Source: Okamejei kenojei
Lineage: Eukaryota
Reading direction: 5' to 3'
DNA length: 64,000 bases
NCBI GenBank assembly: GCA_035221665.1
Contig: CM069136.1
Coordinates: 53,506,001-53,570,000, forward strand
Part shown: one piece after another, positions 26,169 through 39,986 of the stretch
Position numbering within the stretch: position 1 is the first letter of the stretch
Layout: each line of letters opens with the position of its first letter
The notes under the pieces: model-generated
Databases searched by the model: none
The model's input: the letters and a program-made list of their open reading frames with translations, nothing else
What the model was told of the DNA's origin: nothing
Position numbers and translations under genes: made by a program

Positions 26169-26871
26169 AGGGCCTGTCCCACTTACGTATCCTTGGCACG
26201 CAAATTAAGTGGCCTCGTGGTCGCATTCAGACGAGCGGGCATCGTACGGCCGCGCGGGGCCGGTCCCACTGAGAATCGCGGAGAGATATGTAGTTGTGTG
26301 CGACATCGCGCGGGGCTCCGAAATTCTTGTAGCAAATGAAATCTTCGCTCTCAACGGCCTGTCACGGAACTGATAGCTGAAGTGGGACAGGCCCAAGATC
26401 CCGGCGCGACGCAACGTCTCACCTCAAACTTTTGACACTCAAATGGCAGAAGCAGGCAAACGATCACTGAGCTTGGCCTGGGGCTCACGGCCTTGCGGTC
26501 CGGATCCTCCCCCACTTCTACTCCCAGAGCGGGGCCAAGAAAATTGAAGATAGACACAAAATTTAGGAGTAACTCAGCGGGACCGGCAGCATCTCTTGAG
26601 AGAAGAAATGGGTGACGTTTCGGGTCAAGGCCCTTCTTTTCAGACTGAAGAGGTCTCGACACGAAACGTCACCCATTGCTTCTCTCCAGAGATGCCGCCG
26701 GTCCCGCTGAGTTACTCCGGCTTTGTGGCCTTCTTCAAATGACGGCACGCGCTCCAGATAGCTGTGCGTTCGCATGAAATCGCGTGCGACCTTCGCGGGA
26801 CCGTCGCGGCTCAACACGACCACGAAGTCGCGTCATTTGCATGCCAAGGACACGTAAGTGGGACAGGCCCT
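26169..26871 (-). mobile_element. Harbinger-type MITE copy 2 (inverted relative to 14543-15228)
   Basis: TTA flanks; TIR agggcctgtcccacttacgtatccttggca / tgccaaggacacgtaagtgggacaggccct; colinear reverse complement of copy 1. Confidence 0.88.
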
Positions 26872-27589
26872 TTACTCATCCTGCAGATATTTGGTACAGA
26901 AATGTTCCATTCAAACAGCAACCTTGAACCACAATGTTCAAGTGCACATGGGTGAAATATTGAGACACTGTGGTGCGAGTGTCTTATAATATACTACGGA
27001 TCAACACATTTCAGTCCATGTAATCTAAAGGGCCATTGTTAATCCTCCCTTTGTTAATCTCTCGGGTGCAGTGCTGTAGTTTATTCCTTAATTTTTACTG
27101 AAAGGTAACAATGAGCCAAGAGAAGTAATGAACACAACTGGGGATGTGAACTGAATCTTACTCATCATTCTGAATGTGTGCCTAATCAGTAAACTGCCTT
27201 ATTTCACAGCAAGTAAACACACAAAACCAACAGTGCAGATCAGCTTCACAAGTAAATTGCTATCATTTGTATTTACTTAACTGGACAAAATAATGCAAAT
27301 GTTCCATTTCACCACACAAATACGTTGGCACTCTTGAATTAAACAAAACCGTTCCTCTGGGATTGCCCTCGTAGCTTTATTTAGAAAGCCTGAATGACTT
27401 TACAGCTTTCCTTGGGTCTGAAAACATGAGTCTCTGCTTTTATTTAGATCTGGGTTCACAGCCAGGGGAGCAGGTTTGCCAGGCAACCTGAGCAAGCAAT
27501 TGGGATCTGCATCCTCCCAGCACAGAGTGTAGATGTGGATTGATTATTGAGATAAACAATCATGATATTTTGAGTCTTTGGTGGGAACT

Positions 27590-27962
27590 AGCTTAGTTTA
27601 GTTTAGAAATGCAGCGTGGAAACAGGCACTGGTCCACCGAGTTCGCGCCGACTAGTGACACCCACACACGAGCACTATCTTATACAAACACGAGGGACAA
27701 TTTACAATTATACCAAGCCAAATAACCTACAAATCAGTACGTCTTTGGAGTGTGGGAGGAAGCCAAAGATCCCAGAGAAAACCCACGCAAGTCACGGGGA
27801 GAACGCACAAACTCCGTACAGACAGCACCCGTAGTCAAGATCGAACATGGGTCTCCGGATGAATATTTACTTCTCTAACTTCAAGTAAACATTGCTTTCC
27901 GTTTCTCTTCATCCTTGCCCATCCTAGGAAGCAACTCTACAACTGCTGCACTGTGCTGCCAC
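27590..27962 (-). mobile_element. HE1-like SINE with a 70-bp Penelope-tail insert (27858-27927)
   Basis: (tttag)n tail and body; head split by atgaatatttacttctc...cccatcctag. Confidence 0.75.
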
Positions 27963-28089
27963 CGAGCATTTAGTAGCATTTAGCCACCTGTTGTTTGTGG
28001 ATGCTTTTTCTAATTTGTGTAGAATATTTTTGGTTCTAAAATTATTCTAACACCCCCTATGTAACAGAAAATAATTAACATGTCCTGAC

Positions 28090-28910
28090 TTTAGGTTGCA
28101 GGGGAAAGTATCCAGCGAGGGGGGTGGTTTAGGTGGGAAGGGATGAGTTAATCAAGGAGTTGCGAAGGGAACGGTCTCTGCAGAAAGCGGTGGAGATGGG
28201 AAAATGTAGCTAGTGGTGGGATCCCGTTGGAAGTGGCAAAAGTGCCACAGGGTTATGTGCTCTATGCGATGGCTAAAAGAGTGGAAGGTGACCTCAACAG
28301 GCCTTTCAGGTAAGGCAGAGGTTCACTTGCATCTCCTCCAGCCTCATCTACTGTATCCGATGTTCCAGGTGTGAACTCCTAAATATCGGCGAGACCAAGC
28401 GCAGGCTCGGCGATTATTTCGCTGAACAACTCCACTCAGTCCGTCTAGGCCTACATGTTCCCCCAGTTGCTGATCACTCCCGCTCCCATTCCCACACAGA
28501 CATTTCTGTCCTGGGCCTCCTCCATTGTCACAGTGAGGCCCAATGCAAATTGGAGGAATAACATCTCATATTTTACATGGGCAGCTTACAACCCAGCGGT
28601 ATGAATATTTATTTCTCTATCTTCAAGTAAACATTGCTTTCCGCCTCTCTTCATCCCTGCCCATCCTAGTTCTCCGACTCGTTCTACTGTCTTCCTAATG
28701 AAATATTACCTTCCCCTCAGCAAACAATGAGCCATTCTACATTTCCTGATTATCATCTGCTTTGAGCTGTCATTTTCACACCTGACCCTTCTATATCTCC
28801 AGACTCTCTCTCTCCCCTGACTCTCCGTCTGAAGGGTCTCGACCCAAAACATCACCCATTCTCTCTAGAGATGCTGCCTGTCCCGCTGAGTTACTCCAGC
28901 ATTTTGTTTC
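28090..28910 (+). mobile_element. Penelope-like element with inverted 5' segment, GIY-YIG domain and 3' tail
   Basis: 28090-28290 is minus-strand PLE; 28290-28620 encodes FQVRQRFTCISSSLIYCIRCSRCELLNIGETKRRLG...KLEE*HLIF..GSLQPSGMN; hammerhead-like remnant near 28828. Confidence 0.85.
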
Positions 28911-29857
28911 CTTTTATAAATGTCTTTCGAATACCAATTTCAAACAGGATGATGACTGGGATGGGAAGACAAAGATAGTGGTGTGTTCGTGCATTTGAAT
29001 CCCTTGTCCTTCTAGATGAAAAAGGTTGTGTCAGAAGGTGCTGAGGTAGTATTCTAGTTTTGTATTTTGTACTCGGTTTTTGTACTCAATGCATTTTGCA
29101 TTCAGTTTATCCTAAAGAAATGCAAGAAAGTTATAGTTGCCTGCTGGCACCACGAGGAGTCCACTGCAGCCATCGGTGGTGGAAGAAATGAATGTTTAGA
29201 GTGGTGGATGGAGAACTTCCCAAAGGGACTTCTTTATCAAGCTTCTAGACTACTTTTGGAAGCAGCTAGAGAGTATTCCATTGCAATCCTGATGTACTTT
29301 ATTAGAAAGGTTTGGGGGTGTCAGGAGGCAAGTCGTTTGACTCATCCCCTGACCTCCTCGTGTAGCCACAGTATTTGCGTGGCTGATCCATCATGCCCCC
29401 TTACCCTTCCCCTCCCCCCCCCCCCCCCCAATGATGGAGGATTAGTGAAGCTAATGCCATGAGTGCCATGATCAGGAGGGCAGACACACTCTTGTTGGAG
29501 ATAGTCCTTATCTAGCTCATTTGTTTGTAATGCTTTTTCATATAATTATTATGCCTTCAATTACAGTTAAGTCAGTTGAATTAAACTTGTAGATGTCACT
29601 TTCTATCTCATTAGAATGATCTTTCCTCTGCAAGAAACGTGTTCTGGATATATTTCAGTCACGATGAGAGTCCTCGGGGATCAGTTGAAATAATTTATCA
29701 ATATGGAGATGGCTGCATTGCCCTTGTTTACTCCTAAGGGAGATAGCACTAACTTCCTCATATTTCCTCATGTTAAACGAGGCACAAATAGTGTGGGGCA
29801 GTGCAGACAAGGGAGAAGAAGGGGCTACTGCGGACGAGTAGGTAAATATGTCCCTAT

Positions 29858-30170
29858 GTCTGAAGAAGGGTCTTGACCCGAAACATCATCAATTCCTTCT
29901 CTCCAGAGATGCTGCTTGACCCGCTGAGTTACTCCAGCTTTTTATGTCTATCTGAGGTAAATCTTTCTATTCAGTTTTGAGATACAGTACAGAAACAGGC
30001 CCGTTGTCCCACCAAGTGTGTGCTGATCCACGTTCCCCGCACAACTAACACTATCCTACACACACTCGGGACAATTTAAAATTTTACAAAGCCAATTAAC
30101 CTACAAACCTGCATGTCTTTGGAATGTTGGAGGAAACCCATGCGGTCATAGGGAGAAAGTACAAATTCCA
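29858..30170. repeat. Penelope tail (+, 29858-29952) followed by HE1-like SINE fragment (-)
   Basis: gtCTGAAGAagggtcttgacccGAAAcatc; then gagatacagtacagaaacaggccc. Confidence 0.7.
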
Positions 30171-30346
30171 TTTAAATTGTTTCTTTTTTAAACGTGTTAG
30201 ATTATTTTATTTTTCAAAAATCTAACTTTTTTTAATACATGCCAGATGTTTTGGAGTTGTTTGTAAATATCAAAGACACTTTGATATTTGAAACACAATA
30301 ATAATGACGGATGTTGCAGCAGTGATCTTGGTGCAGAGCTGGGAAG

Positions 30347-30722
30347 AAACATAGAAACATAGAAACATAGAAATTAGGTGCAGGAGTAGGCCATTCAGCC
30401 CTTCGAGCCTGCACCGCCATTCAATATGATCATGGCTGATCATCCAACTCAGTATCCCGTACCTGCCTTCTCTCCATACCCTCTGATCCCCTTAGCCACA
30501 AGGGCCACATCCAACTCACTCTTAAATATAGCCAATGAACTGGCCTCAACTACCCTCTGTGGCAGAGAGTTCCAGAGACTCACCACTCTCTGTGTGAAGA
30601 AAGTCTTTCTCATCTCGGTCTTAAAGGATTTCCCCCTTATCCTTAAGCTGTGACCCCTTGTCCTGGACTTCCCCAACATCGGGAACAATCTTCCTGCATC
30701 TAGCCTGTCCAACCCCTTAAGA
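30347..30722 (-). mobile_element. Young CR1 3' fragment
   Basis: LKGLDRLDAGRLFPMLGKSRTRGHSLRIRG...FFTQRVVSLWNSLP; (gaaacata)n tail. Confidence 0.92.
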
Positions 30723-31369
30723 ACTGCAGCAGTGCAGTATGAATAGTGATGCATTGTGATGAAGAAGGGTCTTGACCTGAAACGTTGCCATTCCCTTATC
30801 TCCAGAGATGCTGCCTCTCCCGCTAAGTTACTACAGCATTTAGAGGCTCTCTCTGGCTTGTAATGAGGTGCCTTGATGCTTTGCTGGGAGCGGGGCTTCC
30901 AGAAGGAGACCATGCCTGAAGGAAATTGCGTGTCCAAGGGCAGGCCACCATTGCACGTGATTGCTCCTTAGAACATGGAACATAGAAAAGTGCAGCATGG
31001 AAACAGGCCCTTCGGCCCACAATGTCTGTGCCAAATATTATACAAAAGTAAGCCATCTCCGTTGCCTACCTGAGGAGGTACTTTAGGCAGATACTATAAC
31101 AGCATTTAAAAGCTAGTTGAATTGGAAAGATTTGGAGAGTTATAGGCCAAAGAACAGGCAATGGGACTAGTTTCGATGGAACAATTTTGTTGGCATGGAT
31201 GAGTTGGGCAGGTATGTAGATAGGAAAGGTTTAGAGAAAGAAAGAGGAATGAGAGAAGAAAGAAAGATGTTTATAGGAAAGACATATGGGGCAAATGGGA
31301 CTTGCTGAGATGGGGTATATTGGTCAGCATTGCTTGTGTCATAGGGGCTTGTTTCCATGTTAGAAGGTG

Positions 31370-31725
31370 TGAGACAAAAGGATGAAGAGTTGTGACTTGT
31401 AAAGCCGGAGAAGGGAATGTAGGTGGAGGTGGAGGGGAGAAATAGGTGTGAGTCTAGGTGGAACACAGGTTAGGTCGTGGAGAAAAGGTGGTAGGGGAGA
31501 AAATGGGGTGTGGGAGAGAGAGGGGAGGGGGCTATTAGAGGTTACAAAACATCTCTGAATTCAATGTTTGTACCATTAGGTTGTAAGCTACCAAAGCGGA
31601 ATATGAGGTGCTGTTCCTCCAATTTGCGTGTGGCTTCACTCTGACACTGGAGGAGGCCCAGGACAGAAACGCCAGTATGGGAAGGGCGAGTTAAAATAGT
31701 TAGAAACTGGGAGATTCAGTAGACC
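31370..31725 (-). mobile_element. Penelope-like fragment (GIY-YIG C-terminus + purine-rich tail)
   Basis: aatatgaggtgctgttcctccaatttgcg = KLEEQHLIF on the minus strand. Confidence 0.7.
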
Positions 31726-31739
31726 TTGGTGGGCCATGT

Positions 31740-32110
31740 GGATAATAAGTGTGTCAGTACTCTCTTTCCACCACTTTCACTTCTGCTTGGCCTTGATGTG
31801 CTTCCAAAATAGTTATTCAAAGGCCTCAGTGTCATCCTGAATGTCCTTTCACCACATTGAATGATCATGGGCATGCATTTGAGAGGTCTGTTACATAATT
31901 TGAAGGAGCTTTTGAGAAGATCCTTGAGTCTTTCCCACAATCTACCTACCAAACTCTTCTCATGGCAGAACTCCGAATCTCTTGCACGTTTTGGTAGCTC
32001 GGAGGCAGGTGCATTATGTGAACTATCCAACACGACTGACTCAGTGGAATTAGGTCCAGGGAGAGAGCACTGACACTGCTTTGCTTTTTCTTGCTGTGGA
32101 ACTCTCAAGT
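31740..32110 (-). mobile_element. Old RTE-type LINE 3' fragment
   Basis: LPKRARDSEFCHEKSLVGRLWERLKDLLKSSFKLCN resembles the RTE C-terminal motif (LPK..Y.EL..GKR..G...R.KD.LK.SLK.C.I). Confidence 0.55.
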
Positions 32111-32351
32111 ATGTCTTCTTGTTGATTTGTTCCTGTCCCTTGATTCCAGGTTTTTCAGCTGCCAGTGAGATTCAGCCAGAAGATCCTAAGATTCAAAGAG
32201 CTAACACAAATAGTATGTCTTTTGCTATTAAAATGTAGCTTCTGGTTGTTCTCTCCCCATGTTGCAGCTCCCTTCAGACTATTGATCCAGGGCTGGTATA
32301 GATACTGCATGTTTTTTTGGATGTCTCTGGGGACAAAGATAGCTGAATGAA

Positions 32352-32486
32352 GTATTTCTGGAGAAAAGGAATAGGTCATGTTATGGGTTGAGAAGAAGTG
32401 TGTCGACTCAAAACATCACCTACTCCTTTTCTCCAGAGATGCTGTCTGACCTACTGAGTTACTCAAGCTTTTTGTGCCTATCTTCA
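32352..32486. repeat. Penelope-tail-derived palindromic repeat
   Basis: tctggagaaaaggaataggt ... acctactccttttctccaga arms; atagctgaatga duplicated on both flanks (32339-32350 / 32488-32499). Confidence 0.7.
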
Positions 32487-33519
32487 ATAGCTGAATGATG
32501 TTGGCACCAAAGTATACTCCCTCCCATCTTATTCACATGGTTACAATGGGTATTAACCACATACCAGTTAACTTCGATCAACATCCACCAACATATCCCT
32601 TCCCCACAACCCTGGGAATTGCAAGGATATATGAAGTGTTACCTTGAGAGTCAAGTTCCAATCACCTTTTTTCTCACAATATGCTCAGAGGATGGGTTTT
32701 CCCCAAGGGAAAATCAACAAAATTGGTTCATACATCTCTTTTCCATATGTTTTTTAAATAGATGAATATATTGCAAAGTTTAAATACATTGCCTGCTCCT
32801 GAAAACAATTATTTCATGTGTGTGGGGAGAAGTGAGTTGAATATTGCCTGGAGATAGTTAGTTTGCAGGAAACTGCCTCTGTTAATGGGCTGCTTGTATC
32901 GAAAATCCAATTTTACCTTGGCTTCCTCAAGGTTATTGAAATAATAATATACAAAAGATTTTCACCGCTCTCTTTGATGTGAATCATTGTATGTGATTGC
33001 TTCAACTCTTTGGGATGTGAAAATTACCATAACTGTGTTTCAAGGAATAGCTTGGTAAACAACTCTTCAGACAGTAAAGGAGCCACCACTACTCATATCC
33101 CAATACGCTTGCTTAATAGAAATAATAATTATTATAATTACTTGGGGGCTTCTTCAAAGGATGTTGTCAGGAATGAAAGGACTGTTTTGATCTGCATTGA
33201 TAAGAGCAGGAGTGAAGAAATCACAGTTACTGTATCGTTCCCTTCTTTCAACTTTTCTTTCCCATGCTGCATCGGTTATAAAACGTTTTCACACAAAACC
33301 TATTTATATATTATCTCCTCCGAGAAATGAATGGGTTCTGCTTTTACAGATATCCATAGGTCGATTTTATCCATGTAAAAAATACACAAAGATCATTTGA
33401 TAAGATAACCATATCTTCACACTTTGTAATGAATTAAATTAAAAGCACATACGTCTGATAAGAGAGAACAGTTTTTCTGATAACTGTTGTGAAAGCGGTG
33501 GTTATTCCCCGTGGTGTAA

Positions 33520-34145
33520 TCCTCAACTCCATTCTATCCCCCCTGGTCCAATCCCTCCCAACCTATCTCCAAGAAACCTCACACGCCCCTCCTCTCTGTA
33601 ATAACTTCAGTTTTCCAGGCCTTCGTTCCCTCATGTTTACTATGGACGTTCAGTCACTACACACCTCAATCCCCCACCAGGAAGGTCGTAAAGCCCTCCA
33701 TTTCTTTCTCGTCCGGAGAGCCAGCCAATTCCCCTCTCCTCCATTTCCACACTGACCTTTCTGTCCTGGCCCGCTTCCTTTGTCAAAATGAGGCCAAACG
33801 CAAATTGGAGGAACAGCACCTCATATTTTGCTTGGACAGCTTACAACCCAGCGGAATGAAAAGAAAGACTAATAAGGGCTGCGTGGTGGTGCAGCTGGCA
33901 GAGCTGTTGCCTCACAGTGTCAGGGACCCAGATCCTCCGGGTGCTCCACTTTCCTCCGCTACAGTTTTCTCCCACATCCCAAATATATGACAGTTAATTT
34001 GCCTCTGTAAAATTGCCCCTAAACGGGAGAGAGTGGATGAGAAAGGATAACATAAAACTTATATGAACAAGTGGACTCAACGTGTGGATAATGTGGACTC
34101 ATTGGGCAAAAGGAACTGATTCCATGCTGTATCCATCAAACTAAA
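33520..34145 (+). mobile_element. Internally deleted Penelope fragment (33520-33860) followed by HE1-like SINE (33875-34145)
   Basis: PLVQSLPTY...FTMDVQSLHTSIPHQEG (PLE RT) joined to LEEQHLIFCLDSLQPSGM; SINE head ggtggtgcagctggcagagctgttgcctcacag. Confidence 0.75.
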
Positions 34146-35211
34146 ATAAAACAATTATTAAAAATGGAGAGGAATCGGAAACCAATTCTGCCATTCATTG
34201 GGCCGAACATTTGTCGGTCTGTAAGAATTTGTGTTATGGGAGGTTGTTCAAATGTCGGTTGTCATTTAGGCAGATATATAGAGAGGTACATGAACCAGGA
34301 AATGTTTCAAGGATTATGGGCCTATGAGCAAATGGAGCTAGCTTAGATGGACATCTTGGTTAGGCCGAAGGGCCTGTTTCCATGCTGTATAAGCGTGTTC
34401 GGTATTTCAACTGCGCATGCCCAGGTTATGGGTGATTCGGGATAAACATTCTCACCAGCTGAGCTATTGTTTGTGTATGGACCTGCATTTCTTATTTTTT
34501 TTTTTTTTTTTTTTAAATATTTTTTTATTGTAGAAACAGTATATACCAAGTACACTCTTATACGACATTGAGATTTATACAATGTGTAAAATTATAACGT
34601 ATTGATTATTAATTAGTACTATTTATGATAATTGTAGTATTATCCATTATACATTCCGTTATTATTTATTTTATATAATTGGGAGTATATGTAGTATATT
34701 CCTAATATAAGTAATACACTTAGATTTCTCAAATCATAGATATTCTTCTAATTACCAAATAGAAATCCCCGCTAATTTAACTACGTAGTACCCAATCTTA
34801 AACAACATTTTTTTTAATATTCATAATGTTATCAAAATATTAATAATGTTTGTATTATTGTTAATTTTATATTTCATAGTTATTGTATAATTGAAAGTAC
34901 ATAGTTTTATATAATTACAAGTTTAAGACATCTATAATCTTTTTCATACAAACAGAGATAAGTGTGTACATATTAAAAATTTATATAGTATGTTTCTATA
35001 ATTTTTTTTCCTTAATTAAAGATAGAGAGATAGAAAAAAGGAATAGAAAATAGAAAAGAAGGTATGAAAAGTTTGATGGAGAATAAAGTATTACTAAGTA
35101 ATCCAATCTTGGAGATACATTCATGATTTGTTATGTGTATTTCTTCATCCACTCAGATATTCAGGCCTCAGTCAAGTCCCTGCGCCGAACCATTGTGACC
35201 CTGTAGATATT

Positions 35212-38200
35212 TTAATATAGGGAGACCATATCTCCTTGAAGAGATCTAACCTGTCCATGAGGGACAAGTCTCAATCTCTCCAAGTGAAGTGTCTCCGTCA
35301 TTTCTGTATTCCACATTTTAATTGTTGGGGATACAGGGCCTTTCCAAAATTTTAATATTAATTTTTTCCCAATTATTAAAGAATAGTCGATAAAAGTTCT
35401 ATGATTCCTTGTAATTATTTGTTCCATTTCCGGTATTCCAAGTATGATTAACTTTGGGTCATAAATCATAGTAATATTAATAACTTTCGAGATTGTTTTG
35501 AATATTTCATTCCAATATTGTAAAATCTTCGTACAATTTAGTAAATGAGTGTGACAGAGTTGCTTCCATGATTTGACATTTATCACATATAGGTGATAGT
35601 TTTGGAAATATATTATGTAGTTTAGATTTAGAATAATGTAATCTATGTAAGATTTTAAACTGTATAAGTGCATGTTTAGCGTTTAAAGAGCAATAATGTA
35701 TATGTTGTAGGCTTTCTTCCCATATTTCTGGACTTATTATTTGACTTAGTTCATTTTCCCAGCGCTGTCTATGTATTTCCGATGATGGGATATCACTTTC
35801 CAACAAAATGTTATAAATGTATGATATCATTTTTTCTGTATTTGGGTGTTTATTCAAGCATTCATCTAAAATTTCACTCTTTCTATTTCTAAGTTCTTGT
35901 GTATTTGCGGAAATATAGTTTCTGATTTGTAAATATCTGAAATATTCATTATTATGAAGCCCGTAAATTTGTTGTAATTCTTGAAATGAAAGAAATGAAT
36001 TATCCTTATAGAGATCCCCTATGTTTAGAATTCCTTTATTTTTCCATTGTATAAAAGCTTTATCCATCATTGACGGTTTAAACGTAAAATTATTGGCAAT
36101 TGTAAGAGCTAGCGGTATAAATTTTAGTTTTAATGTTTTTCTTTATTTGTTTCCAAATACGTATTCCACTTTCTATTATCAGATTTTCGCTATAAGTTTT
36201 CTTAGGTACATTAATATTAGCAAATATTTAGAGCTAATTTCAAATGGAAAACAGTCTTCTCTTTCCATTTTTAACCAATTTGGTTTATTATCTATTTCTC
36301 CTAACCAAAAATTCATATTTCTAATATTAACTGCCCAATAATAGAACATAAAATTTGGTAAAGCTAAACCCCCGTTTATTTTAGCTTTACATAAATGTTT
36401 TTTATTTATTCTATGATTTTTGTAGTCCCAAATAAAGTTAGTGACTATTGAGTCTACTTTTTTAAAGAAATTTTTAGAAAGATATATCGGGATTGATTGA
36501 AATAAATATAATAATTGTGGGAGGAAAATCATTTTTATTGCGTTTATTTTACCTAACATTGAGATAGGTAAGCTTTTCCAATATAAGATATTTTATTTAA
36601 TTTATTCAATAATAACGGGAAATTAGATTTAAATAAAGAGTCAAATCTTTTTGTAACAAAAATACCAAGATATTTTAATATTTTCATTTGTTATCTTGAA
36701 AGGAAATTGTTGTAATATCTGTAAATTATTCATGGTTTATTGGCATAAGTTCACTTTTATTCCAATTGATGCTATATCCTGAAATTAAACCAAATTCCGT
36801 TATTAGTTTTAACAAATTACAGATACTTATTTCCGGTTTTGTAATATAAAGTAGTATATCGTCCGCATATAACGAGATTTTATTCTTAGTATCTTTAGTA
36901 TCGTATCCATATATTTCTGGATGTAGTCTTACCCTTTGAGCAAGGGGTTCGATTGCTAACGCAAACAGTAATGGTGATAAAGGACAGCCTTGTCTACAAC
37001 CTCGAGATAAACTAAACTTAGTTGATAACATATAATTTGTTATTATTCTAGCTGTTGGATTTGCGTATAATAATTTAATCCAAGTAGTAAACTTATCACC
37101 AAGCTTAAAGGCTTCCATCACCGAAAATAGATAAGGCCATTCCACCTGGTCAAAAGCTTTTTCTGCATCCAACGAGATGACTACTAAGTCTTTTTTATCA
37201 CTTCTTTTCGAGTATATAATATTAAATAACCGTCTTAAATTATATGAAGAATATCTTTTAGGTATAAATCCTGTTTGATCAGGATGAATTAATTCATTAA
37301 CAATTTTGCTTAGTCTTTGTGCAAGAATTTTTGTTAAAAATTTTTTGATCGGTATTTAATAAAGCAATTGCTCTATACGATCCTGGATCATCCAAATCTT
37401 TATTTATTTTGGGTATAAGTGTTTATAATAGATTCGTTCAATGTGTCTGGTAATTTCTCTTGTATATATATCTGTTCATATAATGATTTTAAATATGGGA
37501 CCATTTGGGCATGAAAAATTTTATAAAATTCCGAGCCTATACCATCTGGTCCTGGAGTTTTACCATTTTTTAAAGATTTAATAGATTCTTGGATTTCTTT
37601 TATTGAAATATCGGCATTTTAAAAATTCTCTATTTTGTAAATCTAATTCTTTTAAGTTACATACATTTAAAAAAGGCATCTATTTCTGTTTTATTTACTG
37701 TTGTGTTACCAGTATACAAATTTTTATAATATTGCATAAATCTTTCATTAATATCCTTGGGTTGTATTAATAATTCACCGTTTTGTGATTTTAATCCTAT
37801 GTATAATTTTTTCCGCTTCAATTTTCCTTAATTGTCGAGCCAATAGTTTTTGTGGTTTGTCTCCAAATTCAAACAACAATTGTTTAGTATGTTGGTAGTA
37901 TTTTAAAACTTGATCAGTATATTTTATTTAATTTATACTTCAATGCTACAATTTTATTATGTATTATTATATCTGATTTTGTTGCATTCTGTATATCTAA
38001 TTGTTTGATCTCCCTTTCTAAGTCATGTTGTTCCTTCCGAATCTTCTTATTATGGAATGCTTGTGAAGAAATCATAATTCCTCGAAGATATGCTTTAAAT
38101 GTTTCCCATAATAAAGAGCGAGATATTTCTGGTTGATCATTTATTTCAAAAACATCTTAATCTGGGTTATGATGTATTCCTGAGTTGTTTTATTTTTTAA

Positions 38201-38985
38201 AATTTGTGGATTAAGTTTCCATTGTCCTAGATTTCCTGTTTTACCATTTATTTTAATTTTAAATGTTAATGGTGCGTGATCTGAAAATTATAATATTATG
38301 GATATTTGGATTCGTAAGTAAGTGAAATAAGCTTTGCATCTACTAGGAAGTAATCTATTCTTGAATAGGTTTTATGTACTGGCGAGTAGAAGGAATATTC
38401 TCGACCAGTAGGATTTTCTGTTCTCCAAAAACATCTTTAATGTTAGACGTTTGAATGTATGCGTTTAATAAATCACTAGAGTGCGATTTAGTTTTCCTTT
38501 GTTTTGAAGATCTATCTAAATAAGGGTCTAATGTACAATTAAAATCTCCTCCAATTATCAAATTGTAGTGTGTTAATTCTGGAATATTATTAAGTACTTT
38601 CTTAAAGAATAAAGGACTATCAAAATTTGGACCATAGATGTTAACAAAAATCATTTTTTCCCTATTTATTTCTCCTATTACAATAATGTATCTGCCATCT
38701 TTATCAGATATAGTAGATATATGCTTAAATAAAGTACCTTTACGAAATAATATTGCTACGCCTCTTGATTTGTGTGTAAAGGAAGAGTGGTATATTTTAT
38801 CTATCCATTTAGCTTTCAGCCTATTTTCAGCGTCTTTCTTTAGGTGAGTTTCTTGGATGTAAATTACATCAGCTTTCATTGCCTTTAAGTGTGTCAATAT
38901 TTTTCCTCTTTTTATTGGTTCATTGATACCTTTAAGCATTCCAACTGCAAAAGGTTCCCCATATTTCTTTTTAAATCCTGCATTT
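35212..38985 (-). pseudogene. L1 ORF2 (APE endonuclease-RT-Cys domain), frameshifted
   Basis: IYIQETHL, IGGDFN, SDHAP, DAEKAFDQV, RQGCPLSPLLF, LYADD, CDKC...ATLSH. Confidence 0.93.
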
Positions 38986-39986
38986 TAGATTTGTGGGAAT
39001 CTAGAATAGGGTCCAAGGGTCCGCGCAGTAGACTTAACCTTACACCCGAACACCGAGTAGATGAATTTTAGATCTCTCTTATGTGCTTCACGAGTGTATC
39101 TCCATTGTTCCAGTATATAACTCCATTCAAACTGAAAGATATAGTAAACATAAAAACATAATGAGAAGTGAATAAAAAGCTTAGAAAGGTGTATAAAGAA
39201 TAGAAGAACTACAAATAAAATATTTGTAGTTTGTGAAAGCCAAGTTGTGTTGGCCATTAATCTAAAGGCTTCCGGCATTGATGTTATTAATTTAGCCAGC
39301 TCCTAATTTTAAGGAATTATTATTCCATAGTAATATTTTAACGGGAATATAGTATTAAAGAAATGAAAAGAATGATATTAAACATCATAAAAGTATATAT
39401 ATCTAAGGTTAGTTTTAAAAAAAAATCCAATTATAAAGCCACAGTTAAAGAAAATTTTTTTTTAAAAATACAAAAAATAGAAGTCATTATTAAAAAAGGG
39501 AGAAATATATTGAGGAAGGGATATCCCCATATGTAACAGGACATAAGATATTAATTATTAGTAGTATTAGTTAGCGATGGTGCAGAGTCTTGGTTAATAA
39601 CAGTCATAGTAATAATAAAACCGCGTTATCATTTTAGTAGGTGTGTTATTTGTTTATGTTAGTTGTATATTATGAATAATTGTCAATGTTCGGTGAGCTT
39701 CTTCCAATCCGGGAAAACATTTCGTTCCATACGACATTGTCCATTCCTTCTGATTTCTTCTAATTCCATGTTGTCGTATAAAGTTTCATAAAATGTCAAG
39801 AGACCGTGCTAGGTCTTTAAAAATAGAAAAAGGCAGTATATTTGCTTGTAGATGGTTTTCAAGTGTCAAACTGCTTTGCAAATTCCATTGCTTCTGTTGG
39901 AGTCTTGAAAAAGTGTTCCACGTTGTTATAAGTAACTCTTAAGATGGCGGGGTAATTCAGACCGTATCTCAAGTTTTTCTACACCC

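Noticed and set aside
33010-33400. ORFs in the unique AT-rich tract
   Set aside because: Non-ATG starts, no motifs, no consistent splice sites
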